Positions 45,672 through 55,670 of a stretch of 64,000 bases of DNA are shown piece after piece (the stretch's first letter is position 1; each line of letters opens with the position of its first letter). A program made the translations under genes and the position numbers. Origin of the DNA: Clostridia bacterium (lineage in GTDB: Bacteria; Bacillota; Clostridia; Christensenellales; CAG-314); the NCBI GenBank assembly GCA_017409765.1, contig JAFQSA010000010.1, forward strand, positions 1,712-65,711, given 5' to 3'. The notes under the pieces were generated by a model, which saw only the letters and a program-made list of their open reading frames with translations, was not told the origin of the DNA and did no database searches.

Positions 45672-45692
45672 GACTTGCGATTGAGTCATCAA

Positions 45693-45869
45693 TTACATTC
45701 TGCTACGTTTACGAGCAGCTTCTGCCTTCTTCTTGCGGCGAACGCTTGGTTTTTCGTATTGTTCCTTTTTACGAAGGTCACCGATGATACCGTCGCGAGC
45801 GCAACGACGCTTGAATCTACGCAATGCGCTATCCAATGTTTCGTTTTCACCAACTTTGATTGTTGCCAT
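45693..45869 (-). CDS. rpsU: 30S ribosomal protein S21
   Basis: 58-aa ORF below the track threshold. My translation is [58 protein letters not shown]. The RBS is GGAAGGGGG. Confidence 0.9.
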   Translation of the reverse strand: MATIKVGENETLDSALRRFKRRCARDGIIGDLRKKEQYEKPSVRRKKKAEAARKRSRM

Positions 45870-46049
45870 GTTCTTTTTCGCCCCCTTCCTTGTACCAAGG
45901 TGAAATTTTGCTCAACTGAGCACTTGTACATTATATAGCAAAGCCCAAAAACTGTCAATGGATTGAGGGCAGATTTTGCAAAAGTTTTTGCCAAACAAAA
46001 AGAAGTGGACAAAACTGTCCACTTCTGCAAAATTTTGTTCAAATTTGGT

Positions 46050-46166
46050 TTAGATGTAGGAAATAAGCACCACTGTTACCACAGCGCAAATTGCCGCAAG
46101 GATCAAAAGTCCTGCGTAGTGTTTGAAAAAGTGTCCTGCTTTTTTGGAATTGCGTTTGTTACTCAT
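46050..46166 (-). CDS. Possible 38-aa single-TM peptide
   Basis: GAGGT RBS 8 nt upstream. The translation is MSNKRNSKKAGHFFKHYAGLLILAAICAVVTVVLISYI. There is no homology support. Confidence 0.35.
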   Translation of the reverse strand: MSNKRNSKKAGHFFKHYAGLLILAAICAVVTVVLISYI

Positions 46167-46218
46167 AGTTAGTTACCTCAATGGTGTTTTTGAATTGAAA
46201 TGATGTTTGTCTTGACAA

Positions 46219-46250
46219 GGCGGGACGCCAAGGGTGTCCTCCCCTACAAC
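46219..46250 (+). repeat. REP-like hairpin
   Basis: GGCGGGACGCCAAGGGTGTCCTCCCCTACAAC, related to the copy at 27164..27192. Confidence 0.75.
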
Positions 46251-46297
46251 AAAACACATAGGATTGTGTAGACCTTTTGCCGTCAAAAATCAAACAG
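46248..46297. repeat. 50-bp repeat, copy B (3' of cdaA)
   Basis: See 45622..45671; 46 of 50 positions are identical. Confidence 0.8.
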
Positions 46298-46300
46298 AAA

Positions 46301-47134
46301 TTACTTGAGACCCCAAATTGTTTCCTCAGCGCCGGCATCCAAAAGGCCCATTGCGGAGTCCAAAATGAGTTTGAGTTGAACTGCATCAAGATAGCGCTTA
46401 ACTTTGCCGTTGTGCATTGCGGAGATGATACCCGTTTCCTCACTTACAACGATAACTGTAAGGTCGGAATTGCTTTCGGAAAGGGCAATTGCAGCACGGT
46501 GACGGCTACCAAACTCGCGTGGAAGGTTTGCATCTTGTGTCATTGGAAGGTAGCAACCTGCGCACACAACTTTGTTTGCCATGATAACCACAGCGCCATC
46601 GTGAAGGTTTGTTTTGGGGAAGAAGATTGTTTCCAAAAGGTCGGCGGAGATTTCCGCTTGAATTTGCACACCGCTATCGGTGATGCTATCGGGGATGTCG
46701 CTACCAACGATGATGAGGGCGCCTGTGTCCGTTTTGGAAAGACGTTGGCAAGCCTTGATGATTTCCGTTACCGACTTGTGGAGGTCAGCACGGCCAAGGT
46801 CCTCGGCATCAAAGTCGTGCTTGTTGTTCCACGCCTTGAGGAAGATGTCCTTGCGGAAGTCTTGCGCAAAGAAGTGCATGGCAGCAACAAACAATGCAAA
46901 GAAAACAAAGTACACGTAAAACTGGATGTTTGGGATATCAAAAAGTGCGATAAAAAACAACGCAACAATAACACCTACAAAAATGTAGGATACAAGTTGC
47001 AAGTTACGCTTGCGTGCATAGTAAAATACCACAAAGTACATTGCGGTGATAACCAACGTTGCCAACACTTTGGCAACTGTTTCCATGATGTCGCCAGTTG
47101 TAAAAAACTCTTTGATAAATTCCAGAAGTTTCAT
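46301..47134 (-). CDS. cdaA: Diadenylate cyclase CdaA (3 TM helices plus a DisA_N domain)
   Basis: It contains the GALIIVG, HDGAVVI, GSRHRAA and VSEETG motifs. Confidence 0.9.
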   Translation of the reverse strand: MKLLEFIKEFFTTGDIMETVAKVLATLVITAMYFVVFYYARKRNLQLVSYIFVGVIVALFFIALFDIPNIQFYVYFVFFALFVAAMHFFAQDFRKDIFLKAWNNKHDFDAEDLGRADLHKSVTEIIKACQRLSKTDTGALIIVGSDIPDSITDSGVQIQAEISADLLETIFFPKTNLHDGAVVIMANKVVCAGCYLPMTQDANLPREFGSRHRAAIALSESNSDLTVIVVSEETGIISAMHNGKVKRYLDAVQLKLILDSAMGLLDAGAEETIWGLK

Positions 47135-47314
47135 TTTTCTGTCCTTGAAATAAATTTGCTTATAATTATTATATATTGAATTTTGAAAATAGTAAAGTTT
47201 TTACGAAAGAAAAGTGCACAAAATTTAATAATTTTTTACAAATTTTGCAAATTTTGACACTCGTGCGCGGAAAATTTCGCCACTTGTGGGAATATGCTAA
47301 GCCAAGGAGAAGTT

Positions 47315-48202
47315 ATGAAGGTGGCAATTGTTGGCTATGGCAACGTTGGCAAGGCGCTAAAAACCATTGTAGAAAGGGACGAAGGTATGCAACTTGTAGG
47401 GGTGTTTTCACGACGAAAACTGTCGTTAACGGAGTACATCCCATTTGACGAACTGCCCAACTATCGTGGCAAAATTGATACGCTTTTGTTGGCACTTGGT
47501 AGTTACGGCGACGTGGTGGAAAACGCGCAAAACTTTGCGGGGTTTGATACAGTTGACTGCTTTGATAACCACGCAAAGATATCCGCCTACAAGTGCTTGA
47601 TGGGTAAACTTAACAGCAAAAATTTGTCCATTGTGGCAACAGGGTGGGATCCGGGGATTCTTTCCGTAGTTCGTGCCCTTTTCCACTTTGGTACACCTCC
47701 CACCACCATTTGGGGCGAAGGCATCAGCCAGGGCCACTCCAATGCATTGCGCACAATACCGCAAGTGATAGACGGTGTACAGTTTACCCTGCCTGTGAAA
47801 AACGCCACCGACCTTGCAAAAAACGGTCAACGCGATGGGCAAAAACTGCACAAGCGTGTGTGCTACGTTGCCTGTGTGGAAAGTGCAAAAGGCGATGTGG
47901 AAAGGGAAATCAAAAGTATGCCCTACTACTTTGATGGCTACGACACGCAAGTTGTGTTTTGCACTCCGCAAGAGGTACGCAAGCTAAAACAGAAAACGGC
48001 TCACGCTGGTCGTGTTGTTGCAAGTGGGGATGGATTCCATTGCGAGGCGCGCGTTTCCATGCAAAACAATGCATTGTTCACCGCCAAAATAATGACACGT
48101 TATGCCAAAATTTTGCCAAAACTAAAGGCGGACGGCTACCTTGGAGCGGTGGACGTGTTGGACATTCCGCCCAGATATTTGACGGAAAACAACGTGCTGT
48201 GA
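47315..48202 (+). CDS. ddh: meso-Diaminopimelate D-dehydrogenase
   Basis: Start MKVAIVGYGNVGK follows AAGGAGA. TGWDPG and GISQGHSNALR are colinear with C. glutamicum Ddh. Confidence 0.85.
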   Translation: MKVAIVGYGNVGKALKTIVERDEGMQLVGVFSRRKLSLTEYIPFDELPNYRGKIDTLLLALGSYGDVVENAQNFAGFDTVDCFDNHAKISAYKCLMGKLNSKNLSIVATGWDPGILSVVRALFHFGTPPTTIWGEGISQGHSNALRTIPQVIDGVQFTLPVKNATDLAKNGQRDGQKLHKRVCYVACVESAKGDVEREIKSMPYYFDGYDTQVVFCTPQEVRKLKQKTAHAGRVVASGDGFHCEARVSMQNNALFTAKIMTRYAKILPKLKADGYLGAVDVLDIPPRYLTENNVL

Positions 48203-48211
48203 AATGTATTT

Positions 48212-48237
48212 CGGGAGGGGCAACCCCTCCCCTACGT
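48212..48237 (+). repeat. REP-like hairpin
   Basis: The sequence is CGGGAGGGGCAACCCCTCCCCTACGT. Confidence 0.8.
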
Positions 48238-48418
48238 TGTGGTAGTTTGATGCGTGTTTTAGGTTATAGATACGTACCATTGTTGTGGTAGTTTGATATG
48301 TTTTTGGGTACAAAAGCAAAATTCTAGCACTTTTTCCATCAAGCAAAATTGATGTTTTTTGCAACAAAAAGAGCAATCCGCATTTGGATTGCCCTTTTGT
48401 TTTTGTCAAATATTATGG

Positions 48419-49438
48419 TTAGCGTTGTACACGACCAGATGCGTTACCATTTGCAAGCGCTTCCACTTCGGCAACGGAAACAAGGTTGTAGTCGCCTTCG
48501 ATGGAGTGCTTCAAGCAACTTGCTGCAACGGCAAATTCGATTGCGGATTGGCTATCCTTGCCTGTCAAAAGGGAGTAGATAAGGCCACCGCCAAAACTGT
48601 CGCCACCGCCTACGCGGTCAACGATGTGCATTGCGTACTTCTTGGAGAAGTATGCCTTGCCACCTGTGTAGAGCATTGCGGACCAGTTGTTGTCGTTTGC
48701 GGAAAGACTTTCGCGAAGTGTGATTGCCACACCCTTAAAGCCAAAGCGCTCGGTAAGTTGTTCTGCAACGGAAATGTAACCTTGGTGGTTAAGTTTGCCG
48801 CTGTCGATATCGGTGTTGGATGCTTCGATGCCGAAAACGTCCTTTGCATCTTCTTCGTTAGCGATGCAGTAGTTGATGTAGTGGCAAAGTTCGCCCATAA
48901 CTTGGCCTGCCTTTTGCTTGGACCAAAGTTTTTTGCGGAAGTTGAGGTCGCAGGAAATTGTGATACCACGCTTTTGCGCTTCTACGCATGCGATACGGCA
49001 GATTTCTGCAACGTCGTCGCTCAATGCTGGTGTGATACCTGTAAAGTGGAACCAATCAACGTCTTGGAAAATTTTGTCCCAATCGAAGTCGCTTGGAACT
49101 GCTGTGGAAATGGAAGAGTGAGCGCGGTCGTAGATAACCTTGGATGGACGTTGAGATGCGCCCTTTTCGCAGTAGTAGATACCAACGCGTTCGCCACCGC
49201 GAACAACCAAGGACGTGTCTACACCAAACTTACGCAAAGAGTTGATTGCGCATTGACCGATTTCGTGTGCGGGCAATTTGGAAACGAAGGATACAGGGAT
49301 ACCGTAGTTAGCAAGGGATACTGCAACGTTAGCCTCGGCACCACCAAAAGTTGCCTCGTAGGAATCGCTTTGTACAAAACGCAAGTAGTTGAATGGCGCA
49401 AGGCGCAACATAAGTTCACCAAATGTAATAACTTTCAT
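48419..49438 (-). CDS. kdgK: 2-dehydro-3-deoxygluconokinase (PfkB family)
   Basis: 339 aa with the GGAEANVAV and DRVGGGDSF PfkB motifs, in a hexuronate cluster. Confidence 0.85.
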   Translation of the reverse strand: MKVITFGELMLRLAPFNYLRFVQSDSYEATFGGAEANVAVSLANYGIPVSFVSKLPAHEIGQCAINSLRKFGVDTSLVVRGGERVGIYYCEKGASQRPSKVIYDRAHSSISTAVPSDFDWDKIFQDVDWFHFTGITPALSDDVAEICRIACVEAQKRGITISCDLNFRKKLWSKQKAGQVMGELCHYINYCIANEEDAKDVFGIEASNTDIDSGKLNHQGYISVAEQLTERFGFKGVAITLRESLSANDNNWSAMLYTGGKAYFSKKYAMHIVDRVGGGDSFGGGLIYSLLTGKDSQSAIEFAVAASCLKHSIEGDYNLVSVAEVEALANGNASGRVQR

Positions 49439-49480
49439 GTTAGTTTTCTCCTATAGTCTAAATTTAATTGTAAAAATTGA

Positions 49481-49523
49481 CAATCCACCAGTCACTATCG
49501 TGCCCCCTTTACACAAAGGGGCC
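49481..49523. repeat. Half copy of MITE family A between eda and kdgK
   Basis: The sequence is CAATCCACCAGTCACTATCGTGCCCCCTTTACACAAAGGGGCC. Confidence 0.7.
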
Positions 49524-49583
49524 AATCGGATGAGTTCAAATGGTACAACTTGTGAACTAACCGAGATGGCGAATACGTTTGGA

Positions 49584-50135
49584 TTAGGCGTTTTTGAGTG
49601 CTTCGTCTACAAAGAAGCTACCGCCAACAGCGTAGATCTTGTCACAAGCCATAAACTCGTCGATGTTGTCCATGTTTACACCACCAGTTGGGATAAACTT
49701 GATTTGTGGGAATGGACCGGAAAGCGCCTTAATAGCTTTCAAGCCACCGTACACGTTTGCAGGGAAGAACTTGAGAACTCTAAGTCCCAATGCAATTGCT
49801 TGCATAATTTCGGTAGGAGTTACGCATCCAGGGTAGTATGGGATGTTGCGCTCTATACAAATTTTGGCAACTTCCTCGCTAAGACCTGGGGAAACGATAA
49901 ACTTTGCACCTGCTTCCAACGCTTGGAGGCATTGTTCAGCATTGATAACTGTGCCTGCGCCAACGTTCATATCGGGAAATTCCTTTACTGCAAGAGCGAT
50001 AGCATCACGAGCGCAAGCAGTACGGAAGGTGATTTCCGCACAGTTGATGCCGTAGTTTTGAAGTGCGGAAAGGATGGGTTTTGTTTGTTCAATTTCTTTG
50101 ATTACCACTACTGGTATGCAACGAGATTTGTCCAT
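49584..50135 (-). CDS. eda: KDPG / KHG aldolase
   Basis: 183 aa with EITFRT, GAGTV, and the FKFFPA active-site Lys region. It is slightly short at the N-terminus. Confidence 0.8.
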   Translation of the reverse strand: MDKSRCIPVVVIKEIEQTKPILSALQNYGINCAEITFRTACARDAIALAVKEFPDMNVGAGTVINAEQCLQALEAGAKFIVSPGLSEEVAKICIERNIPYYPGCVTPTEIMQAIALGLRVLKFFPANVYGGLKAIKALSGPFPQIKFIPTGGVNMDNIDEFMACDKIYAVGGSFFVDEALKNA

Positions 50136-50219
50136 AGTATATTTCTCCTCAAATATATTGTGATTTTACAGATGGAGCTGTGTGACTAGCACCATCAAAT
50201 TGTTAGATTAGATTTGCTA

Positions 50220-51050
50220 CTACACACCAGAGTAGGAGGAAAATCCGCCATCAACTGGGATGATAACACCGGTAACAAAGCCACTTGCTTGGTCATCGGC
50301 AAGCCACAAAAGTGTACCAATAAGGTCGTCGATTTCGCCAAACTTCTTCATTGGAGTTGCTGCCAAAATTTTGCCTGTGCGAGCGGTTGGTTGACCGTCT
50401 TGTGTGTACAACAATGCGCGGTTTTGGTTTGTTACAAAGAAACCTGGTGCAATTGCATTGCAACGGATGTTACATGGAGCAAAGTGTACTGCAAGCCATT
50501 GAGTAAAGTTGGATACACCCGCTTTTGCTGCGGAGTATGCAGGGATTTTTGTAAGAGGGCGGAATGCATTCATGGAAGAAACGTTGATGATGTTACCACC
50601 AGTTTTTACCATGTCTACTGCAAACACTTGTGTTACCAAAAATGCGCTTGTGATGTTGAGGTCAAAAACAAACTTCAAACCACTTTCTTCCAAAGCGAAA
50701 AAGTCCTTTGCGCCTTCGAGGTCGGGTGTCATGTATTCGTTGTCGCAAGTTGCGCGTGGGTTGTTACCGCCTGCACCATTGATGAGCATTGTTACTGCGC
50801 CAAACTTTGCGTTAACTTCCGCCTTGGCACGCTCGATATCTGCCTTGTCAAGACAGTTGCACTTTACTGCAAATGCGTTTTCGCCAATTTGGTCTGCCAT
50901 TGCTTGAGCGCCAGCAAGGTTGATATCCAACAAGGCAACCTTTGCACCACACTCGGCAAGCGCTTTTGCAAATTCGCCACAGATGATACCACCTGCGCCT
51001 GTTACTACTGCTACTTGATTGGTCAAGTCAACTTTGAATGGAAGTTTCAT
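50220..51050 (-). CDS. uxuB: SDR-type D-mannonate oxidoreductase (YjmF/UxuB-like)
   Basis: TGAGGIIC cofactor motif and a YSAAK catalytic motif. A TAATG overlap links it to uxuA. Confidence 0.75.
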   Translation of the reverse strand: MKLPFKVDLTNQVAVVTGAGGIICGEFAKALAECGAKVALLDINLAGAQAMADQIGENAFAVKCNCLDKADIERAKAEVNAKFGAVTMLINGAGGNNPRATCDNEYMTPDLEGAKDFFALEESGLKFVFDLNITSAFLVTQVFAVDMVKTGGNIINVSSMNAFRPLTKIPAYSAAKAGVSNFTQWLAVHFAPCNIRCNAIAPGFFVTNQNRALLYTQDGQPTARTGKILAATPMKKFGEIDDLIGTLLWLADDQASGFVTGVIIPVDGGFSSYSGV

Positions 51051-52138
51051 TATTTGTTATCTCCTTTGAGTTTGTCCAGCATATCCCAAACACCAAGCAT
51101 GTACATGATGCCAAGCGCGCGGTCGTAAAGTCCATAGCCCGGACGTACTGTGCCGGCCTTTTCGCCCCAAAGGTGTCTGCCGTGGTCAGGACGGATGTAA
51201 CCTTGGTAGTTGTTGTCGTGGTAGGCCTTCAAAATGTCCAAGATGCGTGTGTCGCCATCACAATCGCGGTGGCTTGCTTCGGAAAAGTCGCCATTGGGGA
51301 AGTGTTTTACGTTGCGAATGTGCGCAAATGCAATGCGGTCGCAATGCTTGCGAACAATTTCGGCAACATTGTTATCTGGGTTGGCGTTCAAACTGCCCGA
51401 GCAAAGTGTCAAGCAGTTGCATGGGTGGTCTACCATCTTCAAGAAGCGGTCGATGCTTGGCTCGTCCACCAAAAGACGTGGAAGACCAAAAATATCCCAT
51501 GGTGGATCGTCCATGTGGATGGCCATTTTGATGCCTGTTTCCTCGCAAGTAGGCATGATTGCCTCCAAGAAGTACTTCAAATTTGCCCAAAGTTTTTCGT
51601 GGTCAACACCTTCGTACGCCTTGAACAATTCGTCCAACTTTGCCATACGTTCCGGCTCCCAACCGGGGAAGGACATGTTGTACTTTTCGGTGAAGTCCAA
51701 GATGTACTTAGCCATTGCTTTGTAGTCCTCTTGGATCATACCCTTTTCGTAGAAGAGCGCTGTGCTACCATCGCCAACAGGTCTAAACAAGTTGGAGCGT
51801 GTCCAGTCGAAGATGGGCATAAAGTTGTAGCAAATTACCTTTACACCAAACTTTGCAAGATTTTTGATGGTGGTTTTGTAGTTTTCGATGTACTTGTCGC
51901 GAGATGGAAGGCCAATTTTGATGTCGTCGTGAACGTTTACCGACTCAACAACGTCGATATTGAAACCATACTCAGCGCATTGCGATTGAACTTTGGCAAT
52001 TTCTTCCTCGTGCCAAACTTCGCCGGGCATCTTGTCGTGGAGCGCCCACACAATGCCTGTTACACCGGGGATTTGCTTGATGTCGGAAAGGGTAATTTTG
52101 TCGTTACCATCTCCGTACCAACGAAACGTCATTTGCAT
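51050..52138 (-). CDS. uxuA: Mannonate dehydratase
   Basis: N-terminal MQMTFRWYG motif and 362 aa length. Confidence 0.9.
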   Translation of the reverse strand: MQMTFRWYGDGNDKITLSDIKQIPGVTGIVWALHDKMPGEVWHEEEIAKVQSQCAEYGFNIDVVESVNVHDDIKIGLPSRDKYIENYKTTIKNLAKFGVKVICYNFMPIFDWTRSNLFRPVGDGSTALFYEKGMIQEDYKAMAKYILDFTEKYNMSFPGWEPERMAKLDELFKAYEGVDHEKLWANLKYFLEAIMPTCEETGIKMAIHMDDPPWDIFGLPRLLVDEPSIDRFLKMVDHPCNCLTLCSGSLNANPDNNVAEIVRKHCDRIAFAHIRNVKHFPNGDFSEASHRDCDGDTRILDILKAYHDNNYQGYIRPDHGRHLWGEKAGTVRPGYGLYDRALGIMYMLGVWDMLDKLKGDNK

Positions 52139-52189
52139 AGTGTTAACCTCTGTGCTACTTTAGATTTTGAGCATATTTCAGCAATTTAT

Positions 52190-52218
52190 ATTTTACCCCT
52201 AAACAACGTAGATGTCAA
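52190..52218 (-). promoter_or_regulatory. Promoter of the uxuA operon
   Basis: On the minus strand: TTGACA, a 17-nt spacer, then TAAAAT. Confidence 0.7.
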
Positions 52219-52260
52219 GATGCAAATTGCAAAATATGATACTCAATTGTTAACAAAATT

Positions 52261-52300
52261 AAAAAAGTATAGACAGTTTTTTATGATTGCAGTCTATACT
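52261..52300 (-). terminator. Intrinsic terminator of the MATE gene
   Basis: On the minus strand: AGTATAGAC-N17-GTCTATACT followed by T6. Confidence 0.7.
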
Positions 52301-52388
52301 TTGGTAATTTGCTATATATTTGCTACATTTGCAATGTTTGTTATATCCGTTGCACCATCGCTGTGGGGTGCGCCCAAACAAAACAAAC

Positions 52389-53876
52389 TTACTCAGCAAC
52401 TACGCTTGTGTCCGCAGTTGTGCTGGCTTCTACGTCATTTTGCACGTTTACATCGAACATGTTTTTGTCGTATTGCGCTTGCTTGTAGGCAAATTGTTTG
52501 CGGTAAGCCCTGATGGCAAATGGCAAAAACACTAGCAATGCGCACACTTCGGCAAATGGATAGCAGAACCAAATGCCCTTTGTTTGCCACAGGTGGTCGA
52601 ACAAAAATGCCGATGGAATGAGGAAAATAAGTTGACGGCAAAGGCTCATAAGCAAACTGGAAATTGGGCTGTTGATGCTTTGGAGCATGTTGATAACTAA
52701 AATGGAAAATGCCGCAGGGATAAATGCAATGCTAATCACGCGGAATGCGTAAGCACCACTTTCCACAAGCAACTTGTTTTGCGCCATAAGTTCTTCCATT
52801 GTTTGACCGTCGGCTGGAATTTGACTTTCGAAAATGGACATCAACGTTTCCGGCATGGCTTGGAACAAAACTGTGCCCACACACATTACGCCCAACGCGA
52901 TGGAAAGGGCCAGTTTGAAAGTTTGGTTGAAACGCTTTTTTTGGTTTGCGCCGTAGTTGTAGGAAAGGATTGGCATTGTGCCTTGCATAAGTCCAAACAC
53001 AGGCATAAAGATGAATGATTGAACCTTGAAGTAGGCGGAAAGGACGTTTTTGCCCATGTTGAAATCGTACTTGTTCAAGATGAGGTTCAAAATGATGGTG
53101 ATGATGGAGCCCATTGCGTTCATGATGAGCGCGGGTGTACCAACGCGCAAAATTCTGCTGAAGTATTTGCCCTCCAACTTGAAACCCTTAAAGGACAAGG
53201 ATACGTCTTGCTTTTTGAACACAAATGCCAAAATGTTGATGGCTGCTGCCGTCCATTGACCAATCACCGTTGCCAAGATTGCACCAAACACGCCCATCTT
53301 TAGGGGGATGATGAAAAGCGCATCCAATGCAATGTTTGTCAATGCGCCCACCAGTTGGGAAATCATTGGAACTTTCATGTTGCCGGTTGCTTGCAAAATG
53401 CGTGCGCCAACGATATCGAAAATGATACCAATACTGCAACAAAGGTAGATTGTGAGGTACATTGTGCCGTACTCGACAATCACAGGGTTATCGTCTTCCA
53501 CAAACAACTTTACAAATGGTTTGGAAAGTGTCAAGCCCACGATAAAGATGACAATCCAAGCGATAACACCCATAACCAGCGCGGATTTTGCAGCTTTGTT
53601 GGCCTTTTCGCGGTTGCCTTCGCCAAGTTTACGCGCGATGTAGGCATTGGCACCCACACCAATACCAATTGCCACCGCTGTGACAAGCATTGTGATGGGC
53701 ATAACCACGCTTACTGCGGAAAATGCTTCGTTGCCGACGTAGTTTGTGAGGAACAAACTGTCTACGATGTTGTACAAAGATTGTACCAGCATGGAAAAAA
53801 TTGCTGGCAAACTCATAGAAATGAGCAACTTGCCAATGCTGGTGTTGCGCATTTTGTCTGATTGAAGTACTGCCAA
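52389..53876 (-). CDS. MATE family efflux transporter
   Basis: TTG start after GGAAGG. It has 12 TM helices and the LPAIFSMLVQSLYNIVDSLF N-terminal motif. Confidence 0.85.
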   Translation of the reverse strand: MAVLQSDKMRNTSIGKLLISMSLPAIFSMLVQSLYNIVDSLFLTNYVGNEAFSAVSVVMPITMLVTAVAIGIGVGANAYIARKLGEGNREKANKAAKSALVMGVIAWIVIFIVGLTLSKPFVKLFVEDDNPVIVEYGTMYLTIYLCCSIGIIFDIVGARILQATGNMKVPMISQLVGALTNIALDALFIIPLKMGVFGAILATVIGQWTAAAINILAFVFKKQDVSLSFKGFKLEGKYFSRILRVGTPALIMNAMGSIITIILNLILNKYDFNMGKNVLSAYFKVQSFIFMPVFGLMQGTMPILSYNYGANQKKRFNQTFKLALSIALGVMCVGTVLFQAMPETLMSIFESQIPADGQTMEELMAQNKLLVESGAYAFRVISIAFIPAAFSILVINMLQSINSPISSLLMSLCRQLIFLIPSAFLFDHLWQTKGIWFCYPFAEVCALLVFLPFAIRAYRKQFAYKQAQYDKNMFDVNVQNDVEASTTADTSVVAE

Positions 53877-54215
53877 ATTAGTTTACCTTCCTTTTTGTAT
53901 GATTAGGCGAGCAATTTGCACCACCCAAAGTTTTTTAGATTGATGGGAAAAACGTCCGCTACAATTTCCACACTCTTGCGGTGGAAGTTACTTTTGCAAC
54001 AGAACTTGCCACAGTTTTACGGGGTAAAAAGGCACAGAAAATGCTCGGCAAAGGTGCAAAGGGCGTTTTGCCACAAAACGATATGCATTGTAACACAAAA
54101 ATTTTATTTAGTAAACTAAATAAGCGCACCAAAAACAACTATTGCAAAATTGTATACCGCGGTGGTTGCAATAAACTTTTCCTATAAGAAATTTGGCTTG
54201 TTGGCGCTTTTACAC

Positions 54216-54244
54216 TTGAATAGCGCAAAGTTTTTTGGTATAAT
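54216..54244 (+). promoter_or_regulatory. Sigma-70-type promoter
   Basis: TTGAAT, a 17-nt spacer, then TATAAT. Confidence 0.7.
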
Positions 54245-54296
54245 GGATGCAAGGTGTTGCATCCAAAAGGATGCTAAAACCACCAACGGAGAAAAT

Positions 54297-54842
54297 ATGA
54301 ACACAAAACCAGCGGAACTACATCTATCTTTGCAAGACAACGAGTGGGCTTTCACCCACACCACCCACGACAGACAAATTGCCCGTGGCATTGTTGTGGA
54401 TACCGAAGGCAACTTCTACTTTGTGCGCGCCGATCGCGACGACGACTTTGGCAAGGCAATCATCATCGAAACGGCCGGTGGCGGAGTGGAAAGTGGCGAG
54501 GACTTGGCCACAGCAATTGTGCGCGAACTGCAAGAGGAATTGGGCGTGGACGTGACCGTGTTGTGCAAAGTTGGCGTTGTGGAGGACTACTACAACCTTA
54601 TCCACAGGCACAACATCAACAACTACTTTTTGTGCAAGGTGGTTGGCTTTGGCGAAAAGCACCTTACCGCCGACGAAATTGACCGTTGGCACCTTTCCAC
54701 TTTGAAACTAAGTTACGACGATGCCGTTTTGGAGTACCAAAAGCGCGCAACCACACCACTTGGGCGACTTGTTTGCAACCGCGAACTACCCATCTTGAAG
54801 CACGCAAAACTTATGCTTGATTGGTACAAAAGTAACCCTTAA
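54297..54842 (+). CDS. NUDIX hydrolase
   Basis: Start MNTKPAE follows ACGGAGAA. The NUDIX box is GGGVESGEDLATAIVRELQEELG. Confidence 0.85.
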   Translation: MNTKPAELHLSLQDNEWAFTHTTHDRQIARGIVVDTEGNFYFVRADRDDDFGKAIIIETAGGGVESGEDLATAIVRELQEELGVDVTVLCKVGVVEDYYNLIHRHNINNYFLCKVVGFGEKHLTADEIDRWHLSTLKLSYDDAVLEYQKRATTPLGRLVCNRELPILKHAKLMLDWYKSNP

Positions 54843-54902
54843 CGACTACAAAAGTGGGTTATCCTACTACAATAATATTTCTACCATATTTTAGCAAAAA
54901 AC

Positions 54903-54935
54903 AAACGGCCGATTGAGTGAAATCAGCCGTTTTTT
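54903..54935 (+). terminator. Intrinsic terminator
   Basis: CGGCCGATT-GAGTGA-AATCAGCCG followed by T6. Confidence 0.7.
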
Positions 54936-55083
54936 GATACACGTGGTGTGTTTTTTAATTGTGAGTATGGAAAAATTTGCCGTAAAAAAGAGTAGCAATT
55001 TTGCTACTCTTTTGTTTTGTAATCATAACTAAGTTATTTGTACTAGGACTTTTGCAACGTCAGCTTGAAAAGTCGCTACTGCA

Positions 55084-55569
55084 CTACTTTGATTGCACGT
55101 ACTTGCAAAAGTTGATTGTGTAGTTGCCGTCTTGGATGTTTTCGCTAGCTTCCACAAGTTGCCAATTGGGCATGTCATCAAGGTTGGGGAAGAAAACTTC
55201 CGCATCGCCATCTGCTTGCACCTTTGTGACGTAAGCAGTTTGGCAACTGTCCAAAAGCAATTTGTACACAGTTGCGCCACCAATCACAAACACGTCGTCG
55301 GTGTTGTAGTTTTGGAGCAAGCCAAAAAGGTCTTCCACCGTGGTGACGGTTGTTGCGCCATCGTGGTTGTTGCCTTGGTGGTCAAGCACGATATTCACGC
55401 GATTGGGCAATGCACCATTGGGGAAGGTTTGGAAGGTTTTTGCGCCCATAACCACCACTTTGCCGGTGGTTGTTTGACGGAAAAACGCCATGTCCTTTTT
55501 GAGGGAAAAGAGCAAATTGTTGTTTTTGCCAATGCCCCATTTGTTGTCTACTACTACGATAAGATTCAT
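55084..55569 (-). CDS. folA: Dihydrofolate reductase
   Basis: 161 aa with the VVVDNKWGIGKNNNL and VVVMGAKTF motifs. Confidence 0.9.
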   Translation of the reverse strand: MNLIVVVDNKWGIGKNNNLLFSLKKDMAFFRQTTTGKVVVMGAKTFQTFPNGALPNRVNIVLDHQGNNHDGATTVTTVEDLFGLLQNYNTDDVFVIGGATVYKLLLDSCQTAYVTKVQADGDAEVFFPNLDDMPNWQLVEASENIQDGNYTINFCKYVQSK

Positions 55570-55670
55570 TGAGTGGTCCTTTGTCCTTTTCGTTCAATAT
55601 TCACAAAAGAATTTTGCGGACGACCGCAGGTCGCCCTGTCGCCCCCGTCAGTCTTGCGTTTGCTCACCAA

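Noticed and set aside
45470-45692. I tested the structured region after rpsU for SRP RNA (GGAAGCAGCC-type domain IV) and for the long-hairpin features of 6S RNA.
   Set aside because: Neither the conserved SRP motif nor end-to-end pairing typical of 6S RNA is present. It is kept only as an unexplained structured 3' region.
52247-52256. Perfect palindrome TTGTTAACAA 29 nt upstream of the uxuA -35, considered as a possible operator.
   Set aside because: It is short and AT-rich. No regulator gene lies in the cluster, and there is no second site.
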